Source: Candidatus Heimdallarchaeota archaeon (GTDB taxonomy: Archaea > Asgardarchaeota > Heimdallarchaeia > Heimdallarchaeales > Heimdallarchaeaceae). Taken from it: a stretch of DNA of 64,000 nt. The DNA lies in NCBI GenBank assembly GCA_019057815.1, contig JAHLWR010000011.1, positions 32,001-96,000 of the forward strand, given 5' to 3'. The position numbers and the translations under genes are program-made. Below are positions 27,773 to 37,980 of this stretch, piece after piece; position 1 is the stretch's first letter; every line of letters begins with the position of its first letter. Under the pieces are notes generated by a model. It worked only from the letters and a program-made list of their open reading frames with translations. It was not told the origin of the DNA and did no database searches.

Positions 27773-28831
27773 TTAATTTTCCTTTTTCTTCTTCATAATT
27801 GGATTTAGTAACCATAGAGCCCATATAAAAACACTGAAAATAAAGGGTGAAGTAGTTATTTCGGAGGTTGAAGATAATGAGAATTCGATTGTGTCCTCTA
27901 TGACTACATGTTCAAGATTGTTATCAAAAACTAATGTTTCAACTTTAATACCGTTCTCTGTCACTGTAATATTACAATAATGATATTCTGCAAAGTATTT
28001 ATCTTCTTCTTCAGCTTGATCTGTTTCAGTAGGAAAGTAAAGTGGGGCTCCTGCTCCTCCAGTTGTTATATGAGTAACTCCTTCTCTTGTTGTTCTGTAG
28101 TAGTAATGATCATGACCCGAGAAAACCAAATCAACTCCATACTCTATTAGAATGGGTTCTAGAACTTTTCTTATCTCTATTGCGTCATTAACTCGTCCTT
28201 CACTCCGAACAGAATAGCATGGACGATGGAACATAGCTACTGTAAAATCTTTGGAGTTAGCTTTTAGGTCATCAACAATCCAGTCTTCTTGCTCTAGAGT
28301 GAGCTCAAGAGAGCCTTCCCAATATTCATCAGTATTTATTATTATAAAATGTATTTGATTAAAATTAAAACTATAATATTTTTCATTTCCTGGCATTTCT
28401 ACGTTAGCTAAATAAGTTGCAAAATCCATCTCTCTTGGGCCATAAGAACCATCTGGAAGATTATAAGTGTACATCTCGTGATTCCCTACAGCATAATAAA
28501 ATTGTATGTTGTTTTGGATTGCTAAGTCTATATCTTCGTAATATTTATTCCAATCATCTTGTTCGCCGCCATTCTGAACCATATCTCCGCTATGTAATAT
28601 GAATTCTAGATTAGGATTGTTTTGAATTACACTTTCGGTTACGTTTCTTCTATAAATGTTTGTAGAATTTGGTTCCCAATTACGAGTATCTCCTAGAGCT
28701 ATGAAATACCAGGGATCAAAAGATTCATCTGCTGCGTTTATTACCCATGAGTTATTTTGGGTTAAAGTAAATAGAGAAGATAGCAAGAATAGGTAAAAAA
28801 GATAGAAAGTCACCATTTTTCTATGCATCAA
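27773..28831 (-). CDS. Secreted, membrane-anchored metallophosphoesterase (purple acid phosphatase-like)
   Basis: GDTR, GDMV, GNHE, FHRP and SGHDH motifs; signal peptide; C-terminal TM. Confidence 0.92.
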   Translation of the reverse strand: MMHRKMVTFYLFYLFLLSSLFTLTQNNSWVINAADESFDPWYFIALGDTRNWEPNSTNIYRRNVTESVIQNNPNLEFILHSGDMVQNGGEQDDWNKYYEDIDLAIQNNIQFYYAVGNHEMYTYNLPDGSYGPREMDFATYLANVEMPGNEKYYSFNFNQIHFIIINTDEYWEGSLELTLEQEDWIVDDLKANSKDFTVAMFHRPCYSVRSEGRVNDAIEIRKVLEPILIEYGVDLVFSGHDHYYYRTTREGVTHITTGGAGAPLYFPTETDQAEEEDKYFAEYHYCNITVTENGIKVETLVFDNNLEHVVIEDTIEFSLSSTSEITTSPFIFSVFIWALWLLNPIMKKKKEN

Positions 28832-28990
28832 TATTTTCTCCTCAATGTTACATTTTACAAGTCAAGCAGTAAGATTTACATCTAAAAAGGTGTTGCTCAC
28901 AAATATAAAAGATATTTTCAACAAAATTTAAATAGCTTTTTTATCATAGAGAATATTTAGTTTAATATCTACAAACAAAGGAGGAATTTT

Positions 28991-29812
28991 ATGCAAAAAA
29001 AATCTATAATTATTATATCACTCTTGGTTATCTCATGTTTTACATCTTCTTACACAAGTGTTACAGCAATTAATGGTGAATTACTTGACTTTACCTTTTC
29101 TGATAAAGTATCAGTTGGGACGGAATTAAGTTGGCAGTTAACCAAATTTGATGTCTCTCCTGTTTCTGAAATAGAAAACTTTGAATGGGAAGTAACGACA
29201 GGTCACGCTTTGCAAGAAGGTGATTTATTCAAGATTGTTATCACTACTAATCCAGATACTCTGAACATAACAGACTTTGCAGAGATATTTTATACTAATT
29301 TAGAATGGGCTGAATTCTATATTAACGATGACTTACTCACCACCAACGCCACAGATGTGTCATGGGGAGGTTTTGGAGAAAGTAACTTAATAATGTTATA
29401 TATACTACCTGTAACCATTGAAAGCTCTATTGGTGGTGTAGAAAATACTTTTGAGGCTTTGAATGAAGAATTTGAAAGTTCTGAGTATAGTGATAGCTCA
29501 GGCAAATATGAAGTAACACTCAACGATAACAGTTTTGTAATCAAAGCTGAAGAACATGCTAGTGGGTCATTTGCTTTTGGTGGATCATTTTCTTATGATT
29601 CATATGTTGAAATTGCTTATGATACCACTTGGGGGATTTTATCCAAATTAGATATTGAATCAAAAATTAAAGAAGGTTCGGTAAGTACAAGAGCTCACTG
29701 GGTTCTCGAAAGCACTGTTGAAGGAGTAATAATACCTGCACCATTTAATTGGTTTTATGGGATGATAGGAATACTGATTCTAGGACTAGCATATGTGGCA
29801 AAAAGGAAGTAA
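28991..29812 (+). CDS. Secreted acidic protein with C-terminal membrane anchor
   Basis: GGAGG SD, signal peptide, APF + TM + KRK tail. Confidence 0.75.
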   Translation: MQKKSIIIISLLVISCFTSSYTSVTAINGELLDFTFSDKVSVGTELSWQLTKFDVSPVSEIENFEWEVTTGHALQEGDLFKIVITTNPDTLNITDFAEIFYTNLEWAEFYINDDLLTTNATDVSWGGFGESNLIMLYILPVTIESSIGGVENTFEALNEEFESSEYSDSSGKYEVTLNDNSFVIKAEEHASGSFAFGGSFSYDSYVEIAYDTTWGILSKLDIESKIKEGSVSTRAHWVLESTVEGVIIPAPFNWFYGMIGILILGLAYVAKRK

Positions 29813-29913
29813 AGTGAAATATTAACAAGCTCTTTTTTCTTTTTTTTTGTTAATATTAAAGGATGCAAGAGTAAAAGTTAAATTCGGTAGCGATATATTT
29901 AGAATGAGATATA

Positions 29914-30090
29914 ATGTCCGTGAAAAGACCAGATTCTTTTGTGTGTAATCAATGTGGTTTGAATTTTAATGATGAAGACAAGAAAGTTTTGAAAGAAATA
30001 GTAGATGGCATTTATGCTTCAAAAACCGTGTGTCCCAAATGTTTTTCAGCTGATATTCGAACTACCATTATTGGATCAAGTGAAGAGTAA
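29914..30090 (+). CDS. 58-aa Zn-ribbon protein (not in ORF track)
   Basis: MSVKRPDSFVCNQCG...VCPKCFSADIRTTIIGSSEE*, with two CxxC pairs. Confidence 0.7.
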   Translation: MSVKRPDSFVCNQCGLNFNDEDKKVLKEIVDGIYASKTVCPKCFSADIRTTIIGSSEE

Positions 30091-30159
30091 CAAATTGTAT
30101 TACTAGGATAGTCTCACCATCTTACAGATTTTCTTTTTCTATAAATCAATCACTAGATT

Positions 30160-30351
30160 ATGCGTATCGGAACATCAGTCGATGAAATGAATATTGTTGA
30201 AGAGATGAATCTTGTTATTTCAAGGATGGATAGTCAGCTTCAAGGTCTAAACAAAGAATTAGATAAGATTCTAAAAGAGTACCCACGTTATTTGAGCAAA
30301 AAAACAAGCAACTTGTCTAAAGAGCTAAGAAAATATAAAAACGCCATATAA
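30160..30351 (+). CDS. Small coiled-coil hypothetical protein
   Basis: 63-aa ORF with a heptad pattern. Confidence 0.5.
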   Translation: MRIGTSVDEMNIVEEMNLVISRMDSQLQGLNKELDKILKEYPRYLSKKTSNLSKELRKYKNAI

Positions 30352-30521
30352 TCCTAATCTAATACTCATTTATATGCTCTCTAACAAAGAATCATTTCGT
30401 AATCTATTTATTTTCTTTAGTTTAGTGGTAAATAGCTATTGACATCATTTTGTTTTGTTTACCTTCAATTCAAAGAAACAAGTTTATATTATCTAATGAA
30501 ATTGTTTTTTAAACCACTCTT

Positions 30522-31523
30522 GTGAATTTTATGAAGGAAGTAAAGATCCAGATTCCAACTGAAAAGATGGATGTTGTAGTAGAACTTTTTGATAAGCTTG
30601 GTATTAGAAGTTCAACTTTGATTCATGAAGAAAATGCGACGATAACTACAGTTGTGGAAACTAATCAAACTGCAACCTTGCTTGAAGAGTTGAAAGGTCT
30701 TGGTATTGGTGCTGTCTTTGGTAGTATTCATCTTTCTCCTGTAGATTTAGAAATTGATTCAACACCTGAAAAACTTGTGATTAAGAGCAGTAGTATAAGT
30801 ATCGATGAAATGGTTTTTACAATCAAGGGATTAGCTATTATTTCACCAACTTTTCTAGTATTATGTATAATAGCCGGAGCTCTAGCTTCTTTCGGACTGA
30901 TTTATGATAATGTAGTTATCATCATTGCAAGTATGATAATTGCTCCTTTACTTGGACCTATAGCTTTAGCTGTTATTGGTACAATGATTACGAAAAACAT
31001 CTATAGTAAACGTGCTTTTCTTGCGGAAGCAGTTGGTCTAGGAACATGTATTTTAATAGGAGCCTTGGTAGGTTTAGTGTTTTCAGGGAAGTTAACATCT
31101 ATACCTGAGGGTAGTCAGATTGGGATAAGAACAACTCCAGGAATAGGGGACATTGTTTTTGCAATTCTAAGCGGTTTGGCTGCTGGAATATTCATAGTTA
31201 GAGGAGAAAGTACGAATATAGTTGGTGTTGCAGTAGCTGCATCATTATGTCCTCCAGCAACAAATGTTGGAGTCCTTTTAAGTAATGAATACTGGACAGA
31301 AGCATTTGGTTCTATTATTCTTCTAGTTTTAAACGTAATAGCCATTTATTCAGCATGTGCGATTATTTTCTGGACATCTCAATCACTTGTACGAGGGGGG
31401 TCTGTATCAAAAAGACAATTCAGACAAATAAGTCGAAAATACATAGTGCGAATAACTTTAGCTGTTTTAAGTCTTGTCGCAATTATACTATTGATAATAT
31501 TTGTATATGAAATACCGGGTTAA
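30522..31523 (+). CDS. TIGR00341/DUF389-family membrane protein
   Basis: IIASMIIAPLLGP and VGVAVAASLCPPA motifs. Confidence 0.88.
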   Translation: MNFMKEVKIQIPTEKMDVVVELFDKLGIRSSTLIHEENATITTVVETNQTATLLEELKGLGIGAVFGSIHLSPVDLEIDSTPEKLVIKSSSISIDEMVFTIKGLAIISPTFLVLCIIAGALASFGLIYDNVVIIIASMIIAPLLGPIALAVIGTMITKNIYSKRAFLAEAVGLGTCILIGALVGLVFSGKLTSIPEGSQIGIRTTPGIGDIVFAILSGLAAGIFIVRGESTNIVGVAVAASLCPPATNVGVLLSNEYWTEAFGSIILLVLNVIAIYSACAIIFWTSQSLVRGGSVSKRQFRQISRKYIVRITLAVLSLVAIILLIIFVYEIPG

Positions 31524-31633
31524 CAATTATTCCAAAGCAAATTTAACTTCTTCAGTTAAATCATTGAGTTCTGATTTTCTTGAATATAGAAGTAAAAAGT
31601 TTTTAAATGATTGTTCTTTTGTTTGCATACATA

Positions 31634-31845
31634 AAGGTGACATAAAGGATGGATCGTGAAATTCCGTTCAGAAAATAGTTTTTACGCTGTTAGTGAATAT
31701 TTGGTTAGTTTTGTCACCCTCCAACGAAGATTAGAAACACTTTTCTGTTATGACTTGAATATAGTATCAGCTTCAAATCTATATTCTCTATTCAAAACAG
31801 AAGGGTGTTCTTACAAAGACTCTAAACATTTAGGAGGAGTATTCC
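31634..31845 (+). ncRNA. Putative structured 5' leader of ileS
   Basis: Several nested stems (see findings) in a ~210-nt leader ending in an AGGAGG SD. Confidence 0.4.
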
Positions 31846-34800
31846 ATGACTAATTCAAGTAAAAGCGAAATGAAGAAGGAGCTTAAGAAAACTTCTCAAG
31901 AGTTACATAAATTCTTGAAGCAACGAGATTTTTCCAGTTTTGAGAAGAAAATAGTAGATTATTGGTCAAAAAATGACATTTTTGCCAAGTTACGTGAGAA
32001 GAATAGAAGTGGTAAAAGATTCAGTTTCTACGATGGACCAATCACTGCAAACAATCCAATGGGAGTACACCATGCTTGGGGTAGAACACTCAAAGATGTC
32101 TTCCAACGTTATCAAGCGATGCAAGGAAAACAACAACGCTACCAGAATGGGTTTGATTGTCAAGGTCTATGGCTTGAAGTCGAAGTGGAAAAAGCTCTTG
32201 GTTTAAACTCTAAGAAGGAAATCATCGATTATGGGCTAGAGAAATTTGCTCAAGCCTGTAAAAAACGTGTTAATCATTTTGCAGCTGTTATTACACAACA
32301 ATCTATTCGATTGGGGCAATGGATGGATTGGCAGAATTCCTACTATACCTATGATGACAATAACATTGAACATATTTGGCATTTTCTTAAAAAATGTCAT
32401 GAAAATGGTTGGTTATATCTAGGTACTCGAGTTCTTCCTTGGTGTTACCGTTGTGGAACATCGTTGTCTTCACATGAACAAAGCGATAGCTACGAAGAGT
32501 TAACACACAAGGCAGTATATATCAAATTACCATTTAAAGATGAAACTCAAACATATTTCTTGGTTTGGACCACAACTCCATGGACTTTGACTGCTAATGT
32601 TGCTTTAGCCGTAAATCCTGAATTAGATTATCTAATAATCCAGAAAGAGCAAGAGAAGTTTGTTCTAGCTAAAGGTACACAAGACGTTTTAGACAGACCA
32701 TGGGATATCCTAGAAGTCATTAAAGGAAAAGAATTATTAGAAAAAAAGTATATTGGACCTTTTGATGATTTGACAGCACAGAAAGATGTAAAATCAAAGA
32801 AAGTTATTCCATGGGATGAAGTTTCGAATTTAGAAGGAACTGGCGTTGTCCATATAGCTCCTGGATGTGGAGAAGAAGACTATGAATTAAGTAAGAAATA
32901 CAATCTAGATGTTATTGCTCCAATAAATGGTGAAGCTAAATATATAGAAGGATTTGATTATCTTACAGGATTCACTATAACAGAAGCTTTTGATTTAATA
33001 CTTGAAAAGCTAAAGAGTAAAGGTTTTTTGTACAAAACAGAATTGTATGAACACCGATATCCAGTTTGCTGGAGATGTAAAACAGAACTTGTATTTAAGC
33101 TAGAAAAAGAATGGTTCATAAATTGTGACGAAATAAGACCAAAGCTCCTCAAAGCTGCTAAAAAAATAAAATGGAATCCAGATTTTACTGCAAAATCGAT
33201 GGAAAGTTGGTTGACATCAATGGATGATTGGTGTATTAGTAGAAAACGATACTGGGGATTACCTCTACCATTCTATGTTTGTGATTGTGGTCATGTTACA
33301 GTAGTTGGATCAAAAGAGGAATTGAAAATGCTTTCTGTAAATCCTCAAAAGGTAGATGACTTAACAGAGCTTCACATACCATGGATAGATGAAGTCAAAG
33401 TAAAATGCCCAAAATGTGGTAAAACTGTCTCTCGTGTTAAAGAAGTAGGAGATTGTTGGTTAGATGCAGGAATAATACCTTTTTCCACACTAAACTATCT
33501 AAAAGAAGAAGAGAAAACCTATTGGAAAAAATGGTTCCCAGCTGAATTAATAGTAGAAATGAAGGAACAAGTTCGTCTATGGTTTTACTCAATGTTATTC
33601 ATGTCAATTACATTAATCAATAAACCTTCATACAAAAATGTGGTCTCCTTTCCAGAAGTAAGAAATGAAGAAGGTAAGAGACTTTCTAAGACATCTAAAA
33701 ATAATATTGTTTTCGATGATGCTGTTAACGTTCTTGGTGCAGATGTTATGAGATGGGTTTACTGCAAATCAAATTTGAGACAAAACTTAAACTTCAGCTA
33801 TGATCTTGGCAAAGATGCAATGCGAAAACTCCTATCCTATTGGAATGTTACTTATTTTCTTTTATCTTCAGCTTCAGCAGAAAACTTCTCTTTAAGTGAA
33901 CTAAAGGAATTGCAGGAAACAAAAAAAACCAATCCTATGGATAGATGGATGTTATCTGAATTAAATAAAACCGTTAAAGAAATACGAAACGCTTATGAGA
34001 ACTTTGATGTCAAAGCTGTTATTGATGAAACAGAGGAATTCTTCGAAAACATATCAAATTGGTATGTTAGACTAAATAGAAGAAGGTTCTGGAAAAGTGA
34101 CCTTGATGTAGATAAAAAACAAGCTTATAACACTCTTTATAGATGCTTGGATACGTTTAACAAATGTTTAGCCCCAATCTTACCTTTCACAACTGAATAT
34201 ATGTATAGAATGTTGACACCTCTTGAAGATTTTGAAAAAGTACCAAGCGTCCACTTATGTTCATTTCCTGAAAATAAGCTGAGTAAGGAAGACGATAGAG
34301 TAAGAGGAACATTCAACAAAGTTAAACAACTTATTTCTATGGTATTAATGCTTAGAAATAATTCTCAAATAAAAGTTAGACAACCACTGAATGCCGTGCA
34401 AGTATGGTCTTCAAATCCCAGCGATTATAACGCTTTCAAGGAATATAAAACTCAAATTCTCACAGAATTAAATATCAAAAAACTAGATATATTGACCGGT
34501 ATAACTGAAAGTGTTGAATTCGTTATAAAGCTGGATTACTCTTTATTAGGACCAAAATACAAAAAGAGACTGAATGAAATAAAGATGAAAGTTGCTGAAA
34601 TAGATCAACAGACTTTAGAAGGATTATTTAGGGAAAAAAGGGTTTTAGCTTTGAAAACAGAGCTAAAAGAAATAACTCTACAACCAGATGAATATGAAAT
34701 TTTGTTACAAGACAAAGAGGGTCACAAAAGCTTGGTGCAGGATGATTTGAGTGTTACTTTGGATGTTACATTAACTGAGAAACTAAGAGTTGAAGGCTGT

Positions 34801-35058
34801 GTAAGAGACATTGTAAGAAATATACAAAGAATGAGGCAAGAACTTGATTTGGAAATAACAGAAACAATAATTGTTGCAATTATAGATAAAACACCTGAAT
34901 CTTCTCTATTATCAAAAATAAAGGCGTTTAGGAATTATTTAAAATCTGAAACATTAGCTAGAGAAGTAGTTTTTGGTGAAGAATTAAGTAATATCTTATT
35001 AACTAAGAGCTTCAACTTTGATGAAAATACTCTTACAGTTCAAATCTCGAAGAGATGA
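31846..35058 (+). CDS. ileS: Isoleucine--tRNA ligase (IleRS2 type, GVHH signature)
   Basis: FYDGPITAN, GFDCQGL, WTTTPWTL, GTGVVHIAP, DWCISRKRYWG, SNWYVRLNRRRFW and the IleRS2-type C-terminus (EGCVRDIVRNIQ.MR). Confidence 0.95.
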   Translation: MTNSSKSEMKKELKKTSQELHKFLKQRDFSSFEKKIVDYWSKNDIFAKLREKNRSGKRFSFYDGPITANNPMGVHHAWGRTLKDVFQRYQAMQGKQQRYQNGFDCQGLWLEVEVEKALGLNSKKEIIDYGLEKFAQACKKRVNHFAAVITQQSIRLGQWMDWQNSYYTYDDNNIEHIWHFLKKCHENGWLYLGTRVLPWCYRCGTSLSSHEQSDSYEELTHKAVYIKLPFKDETQTYFLVWTTTPWTLTANVALAVNPELDYLIIQKEQEKFVLAKGTQDVLDRPWDILEVIKGKELLEKKYIGPFDDLTAQKDVKSKKVIPWDEVSNLEGTGVVHIAPGCGEEDYELSKKYNLDVIAPINGEAKYIEGFDYLTGFTITEAFDLILEKLKSKGFLYKTELYEHRYPVCWRCKTELVFKLEKEWFINCDEIRPKLLKAAKKIKWNPDFTAKSMESWLTSMDDWCISRKRYWGLPLPFYVCDCGHVTVVGSKEELKMLSVNPQKVDDLTELHIPWIDEVKVKCPKCGKTVSRVKEVGDCWLDAGIIPFSTLNYLKEEEKTYWKKWFPAELIVEMKEQVRLWFYSMLFMSITLINKPSYKNVVSFPEVRNEEGKRLSKTSKNNIVFDDAVNVLGADVMRWVYCKSNLRQNLNFSYDLGKDAMRKLLSYWNVTYFLLSSASAENFSLSELKELQETKKTNPMDRWMLSELNKTVKEIRNAYENFDVKAVIDETEEFFENISNWYVRLNRRRFWKSDLDVDKKQAYNTLYRCLDTFNKCLAPILPFTTEYMYRMLTPLEDFEKVPSVHLCSFPENKLSKEDDRVRGTFNKVKQLISMVLMLRNNSQIKVRQPLNAVQVWSSNPSDYNAFKEYKTQILTELNIKKLDILTGITESVEFVIKLDYSLLGPKYKKRLNEIKMKVAEIDQQTLEGLFREKRVLALKTELKEITLQPDEYEILLQDKEGHKSLVQDDLSVTLDVTLTEKLRVEGCVRDIVRNIQRMRQELDLEITETIIVAIIDKTPESSLLSKIKAFRNYLKSETLAREVVFGEELSNILLTKSFNFDENTLTVQISKR

Positions 35059-35584
35059 AGGGAAAAATATACCTTTTCTTCTTCAAGTAGTATTGAAAAA
35101 AAATTCGTATTTTCTTAAAAGTTTACTTTGACTCCTAGATTTCTCATATTCTTGGAAATTTCTTTACTTTCATAACGTTTGAGAGAGATTTACATCATCG
35201 ATTTTCTATTTAAATAATAAACAGTAAAAGTTTATATATAGGTCTTATATTCAAACTTTATACTGTCAATAGTGGAGTATGTCTATGCTAAGGAATGTCT
35301 TTGTGATTTTTCAACGATTTACTCAAATCAATGTTTAGACAACTCACCAAAAGACAGTCAAATGGATGTAGAAAAATATGAATGAACAAACACAAAAAAG
35401 ACCACAACTTCCAGAAACCTCCTTAATTCATTGGAAGTTAAATCCGAGACCATCTTATGTGTCTTTATGAATTGGTATACTCATGAAATACTTTACATCC
35501 TCGAGAAAATCTAAAGTGATTTAAATGACTGAACACCAAGAAAAAAAAGGATTTAAATGGCCTTGGGACTATTTCCATTTTTAA

Positions 35585-36184
35585 GTGAAAGGACGTGGAT
35601 CTCCCTTTGCAAACGCTGAAAAAGGCAAGTTTATGTCTGTTACCTTTTTTGCTGAATGGCTGATATTATGGTTTTCCTTATTGATGGTCATAATCGTTTT
35701 TGCAATACAGCAAGATTGGACTGAAGATGGCGCAGTAGGGAATTACTTCGCAAGTGTAGGATTAGGGCTAGTAGTCGCACTCATCCTTGCGTGGTTCTTC
35801 TTTGTCTTCATTATAGGACCATTAGCAATGAGTATGGTGCAATATGATTTCAGAGCAGATTTCAGAGAGAAGAGTACAAAAGAACTTATGTTTTCAAAGA
35901 AATCGTTGAAGTTCTGGCTTTGGGGTATCATAGTAGATACAATGATCATTATTCCAATAGCCACAGGAATACCATTCGCAATAATGACCATCTTACATAA
36001 CGTACCCGCCGCAGCAGCATGGACCCATGTGTGGACCTGGGTTAATTTCTGGGATGCTTATTGGAAAGCATGGATATTAGCAATAGTAATCATTGTCATT
36101 CTACTAGCGTTCCTAAAATGGCAAAGTGGACCTAACAAGAAATTAATCGCAAGAATGCAAGCACAAGGACCTCCAAAAAAGTAA
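35585..36184 (+). CDS. Hypothetical membrane protein (about 4 TM); may start at ATG 35525 across an in-frame TAA
   Basis: Hydrophobic helices. MTEHQEKKGFKWPWDYFHF* is in frame immediately upstream. Confidence 0.7.
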   Translation: MKGRGSPFANAEKGKFMSVTFFAEWLILWFSLLMVIIVFAIQQDWTEDGAVGNYFASVGLGLVVALILAWFFFVFIIGPLAMSMVQYDFRADFREKSTKELMFSKKSLKFWLWGIIVDTMIIIPIATGIPFAIMTILHNVPAAAAWTHVWTWVNFWDAYWKAWILAIVIIVILLAFLKWQSGPNKKLIARMQAQGPPKK

Positions 36185-36430
36185 ATCCAAACAGATAAGT
36201 GGAAACAACTAAATGTTTCTTGCTTTTTTATTTTTTTTAATTAAAACTGTAAATACACTTAAGATAATAGAATAGATTTATTTTCATTATTCAGCTGTTT
36301 TACTCATAATAAATCTTAATTTTTCAAATAAGAATATAAATCAAGAATGTTGTATACTTCATATCAGAGAATTTTGGTTGTAAAATCATCTTTGAAAAGA
36401 GATTAAGAAATGATGGAACAAAAATAACTG

Positions 36431-37078
36431 GTGGTAGAAAAAGTGGATCTTTACACAAAATCCAAAGAAGCAATTCTTAATGGTAACACGTCATTAGCAG
36501 AAGAGATTGTTAAGAAAGCGATTTTAGAGAACTATGATATTAATGCATTAATTGATACTCTCTCAGAAGCGATTAGAGAAGCTGGTGATCTTTTTGAAGA
36601 AGGAGAATTTTTCCTACCTGAACTTATGCGTAGTGCTGAAGCCATGAAAGCAGCTATGGGAATTTTAACACCAACACTTTCACAAGAAAAGGAATCTAGA
36701 TTTATTGGTAAAGTAGTTATTGGAACAATAGAAGGAGACATTCACGATATTGGTAAAACACTCGTTGCTTCAATGCTTTCTGCTGAAGGATTCGAAGTCT
36801 ATGATCTTGGAGCTGATGTTCCTGTTGCAACTTTTATTGATAAAGCTGTAGAAGTAGATGCTCACCTAATATGTGTTTCAGCATTATTGACAACTACAAT
36901 GGTTGGTCAAAAGAAGTTGATAGATACTCTAAATGAAAGAAACATTCGTGAGAAATTTAAAGTTTTATTGGGTGGAGCACCTGTTTCTAAACGATGGGTT
37001 GAAGAAATTGGAGCTGATGGTACAGCAGATAACGCTATAAGTGCTGTCAAACTCGCAAAAAAATTGATGGTGTTATGA
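36431..37078 (+). CDS. Methyltransferase cognate corrinoid protein (MttC/MtgC-like)
   Basis: Cap domain FFLPEL, GDIHDIGK (DxHxxG), SALLTTT and GGAP. Confidence 0.93.
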   Translation: MVEKVDLYTKSKEAILNGNTSLAEEIVKKAILENYDINALIDTLSEAIREAGDLFEEGEFFLPELMRSAEAMKAAMGILTPTLSQEKESRFIGKVVIGTIEGDIHDIGKTLVASMLSAEGFEVYDLGADVPVATFIDKAVEVDAHLICVSALLTTTMVGQKKLIDTLNERNIREKFKVLLGGAPVSKRWVEEIGADGTADNAISAVKLAKKLMVL

Positions 37079-37091
37079 GGAAGTATTTCCT

Positions 37092-37976
37092 TTGCGAAAC
37101 AAAAAGCACATTCTAGACTTGGTTAAAGAACGCGTTGTTATACTGGATGGAGCCATGGGCTCACTATTAATTAATCAAGGATTGCAAATTGGTATACCTC
37201 CTGAAAGCTGGAACGTTACTAATTCAGAGTTAATACAAAAAATTCATCTTGACTATTATAATGCAGGTTCTGATGTCGTTTTAACCAATACATTTGGTGG
37301 TTCCAGATTAAAGTTGAGTGCACATAACCATGGGGAGAGGGTTGAAGAATATAATACCGAAGCAGTAGAGATAGCGAGAGAGATATGCCCAGAAGAAGGT
37401 TATATTGCAGGAGATATAGGTCCATCTGGAAAATTTTTACCTCCTGTAGGTAAAGTAACTATTGATGATTTTGAAGAAACCTTCCTAGAACAGACTCGAA
37501 TTTTAGCCAATGTTGAGGTTGATTTCTTTTTCATAGAAACAATGGTTGATCTTAAAGAAGCAGAATCTGCTGTCAAGGCGGCTAAAAAAACTTCTAACCT
37601 ACCAATATTTGTTTCTATCACCTATAAAAAGACAAAAAGAGGTTATTTTACAATAATGGGGAACTCTGTAGAGCAATGTGTTGACACACTACATAAAGCT
37701 GGAGCAGATGTAATTGGCGCAAATTGTACATTAAGTAGCAATGAGATGATTGATTTGATACCACAGATAAAACAATTTACAGATTTACCCATTGTAGCAA
37801 AACCGAATGCAGGAAAACCACAACTAGTTGGAGGGAAAACAGTGTATCTGACTTCTCCTAAAGATTTCGCAGAGGACATTTTCCAAATGGTTGAAAAAAA
37901 AGCTGCTATTGTTGGAGGATGTTGTGGAACAAACCCTCAGTTTATTGAAAATATTGTTCAAAGAGCAAAGAGGTAA
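37092..37976 (+). CDS. Homocysteine S-methyltransferase (stand-alone MetH Hcy-binding domain)
   Basis: LDGAMG, TNTFG, IETM, GANC, KPNAG and GGCCGT motifs. Confidence 0.93.
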   Translation: MRNKKHILDLVKERVVILDGAMGSLLINQGLQIGIPPESWNVTNSELIQKIHLDYYNAGSDVVLTNTFGGSRLKLSAHNHGERVEEYNTEAVEIAREICPEEGYIAGDIGPSGKFLPPVGKVTIDDFEETFLEQTRILANVEVDFFFIETMVDLKEAESAVKAAKKTSNLPIFVSITYKKTKRGYFTIMGNSVEQCVDTLHKAGADVIGANCTLSSNEMIDLIPQIKQFTDLPIVAKPNAGKPQLVGGKTVYLTSPKDFAEDIFQMVEKKAAIVGGCCGTNPQFIENIVQRAKR

Positions 37977-37980
37977 TCTT

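Noticed and set aside
31790-31815. Canonical T-box riboswitch (AAGGGTGTTC resembles the T-box start)
   Set aside because: Lacks UGGnACC and a recognisable Stem I/specifier loop. Kept only as an unclassified structured leader.
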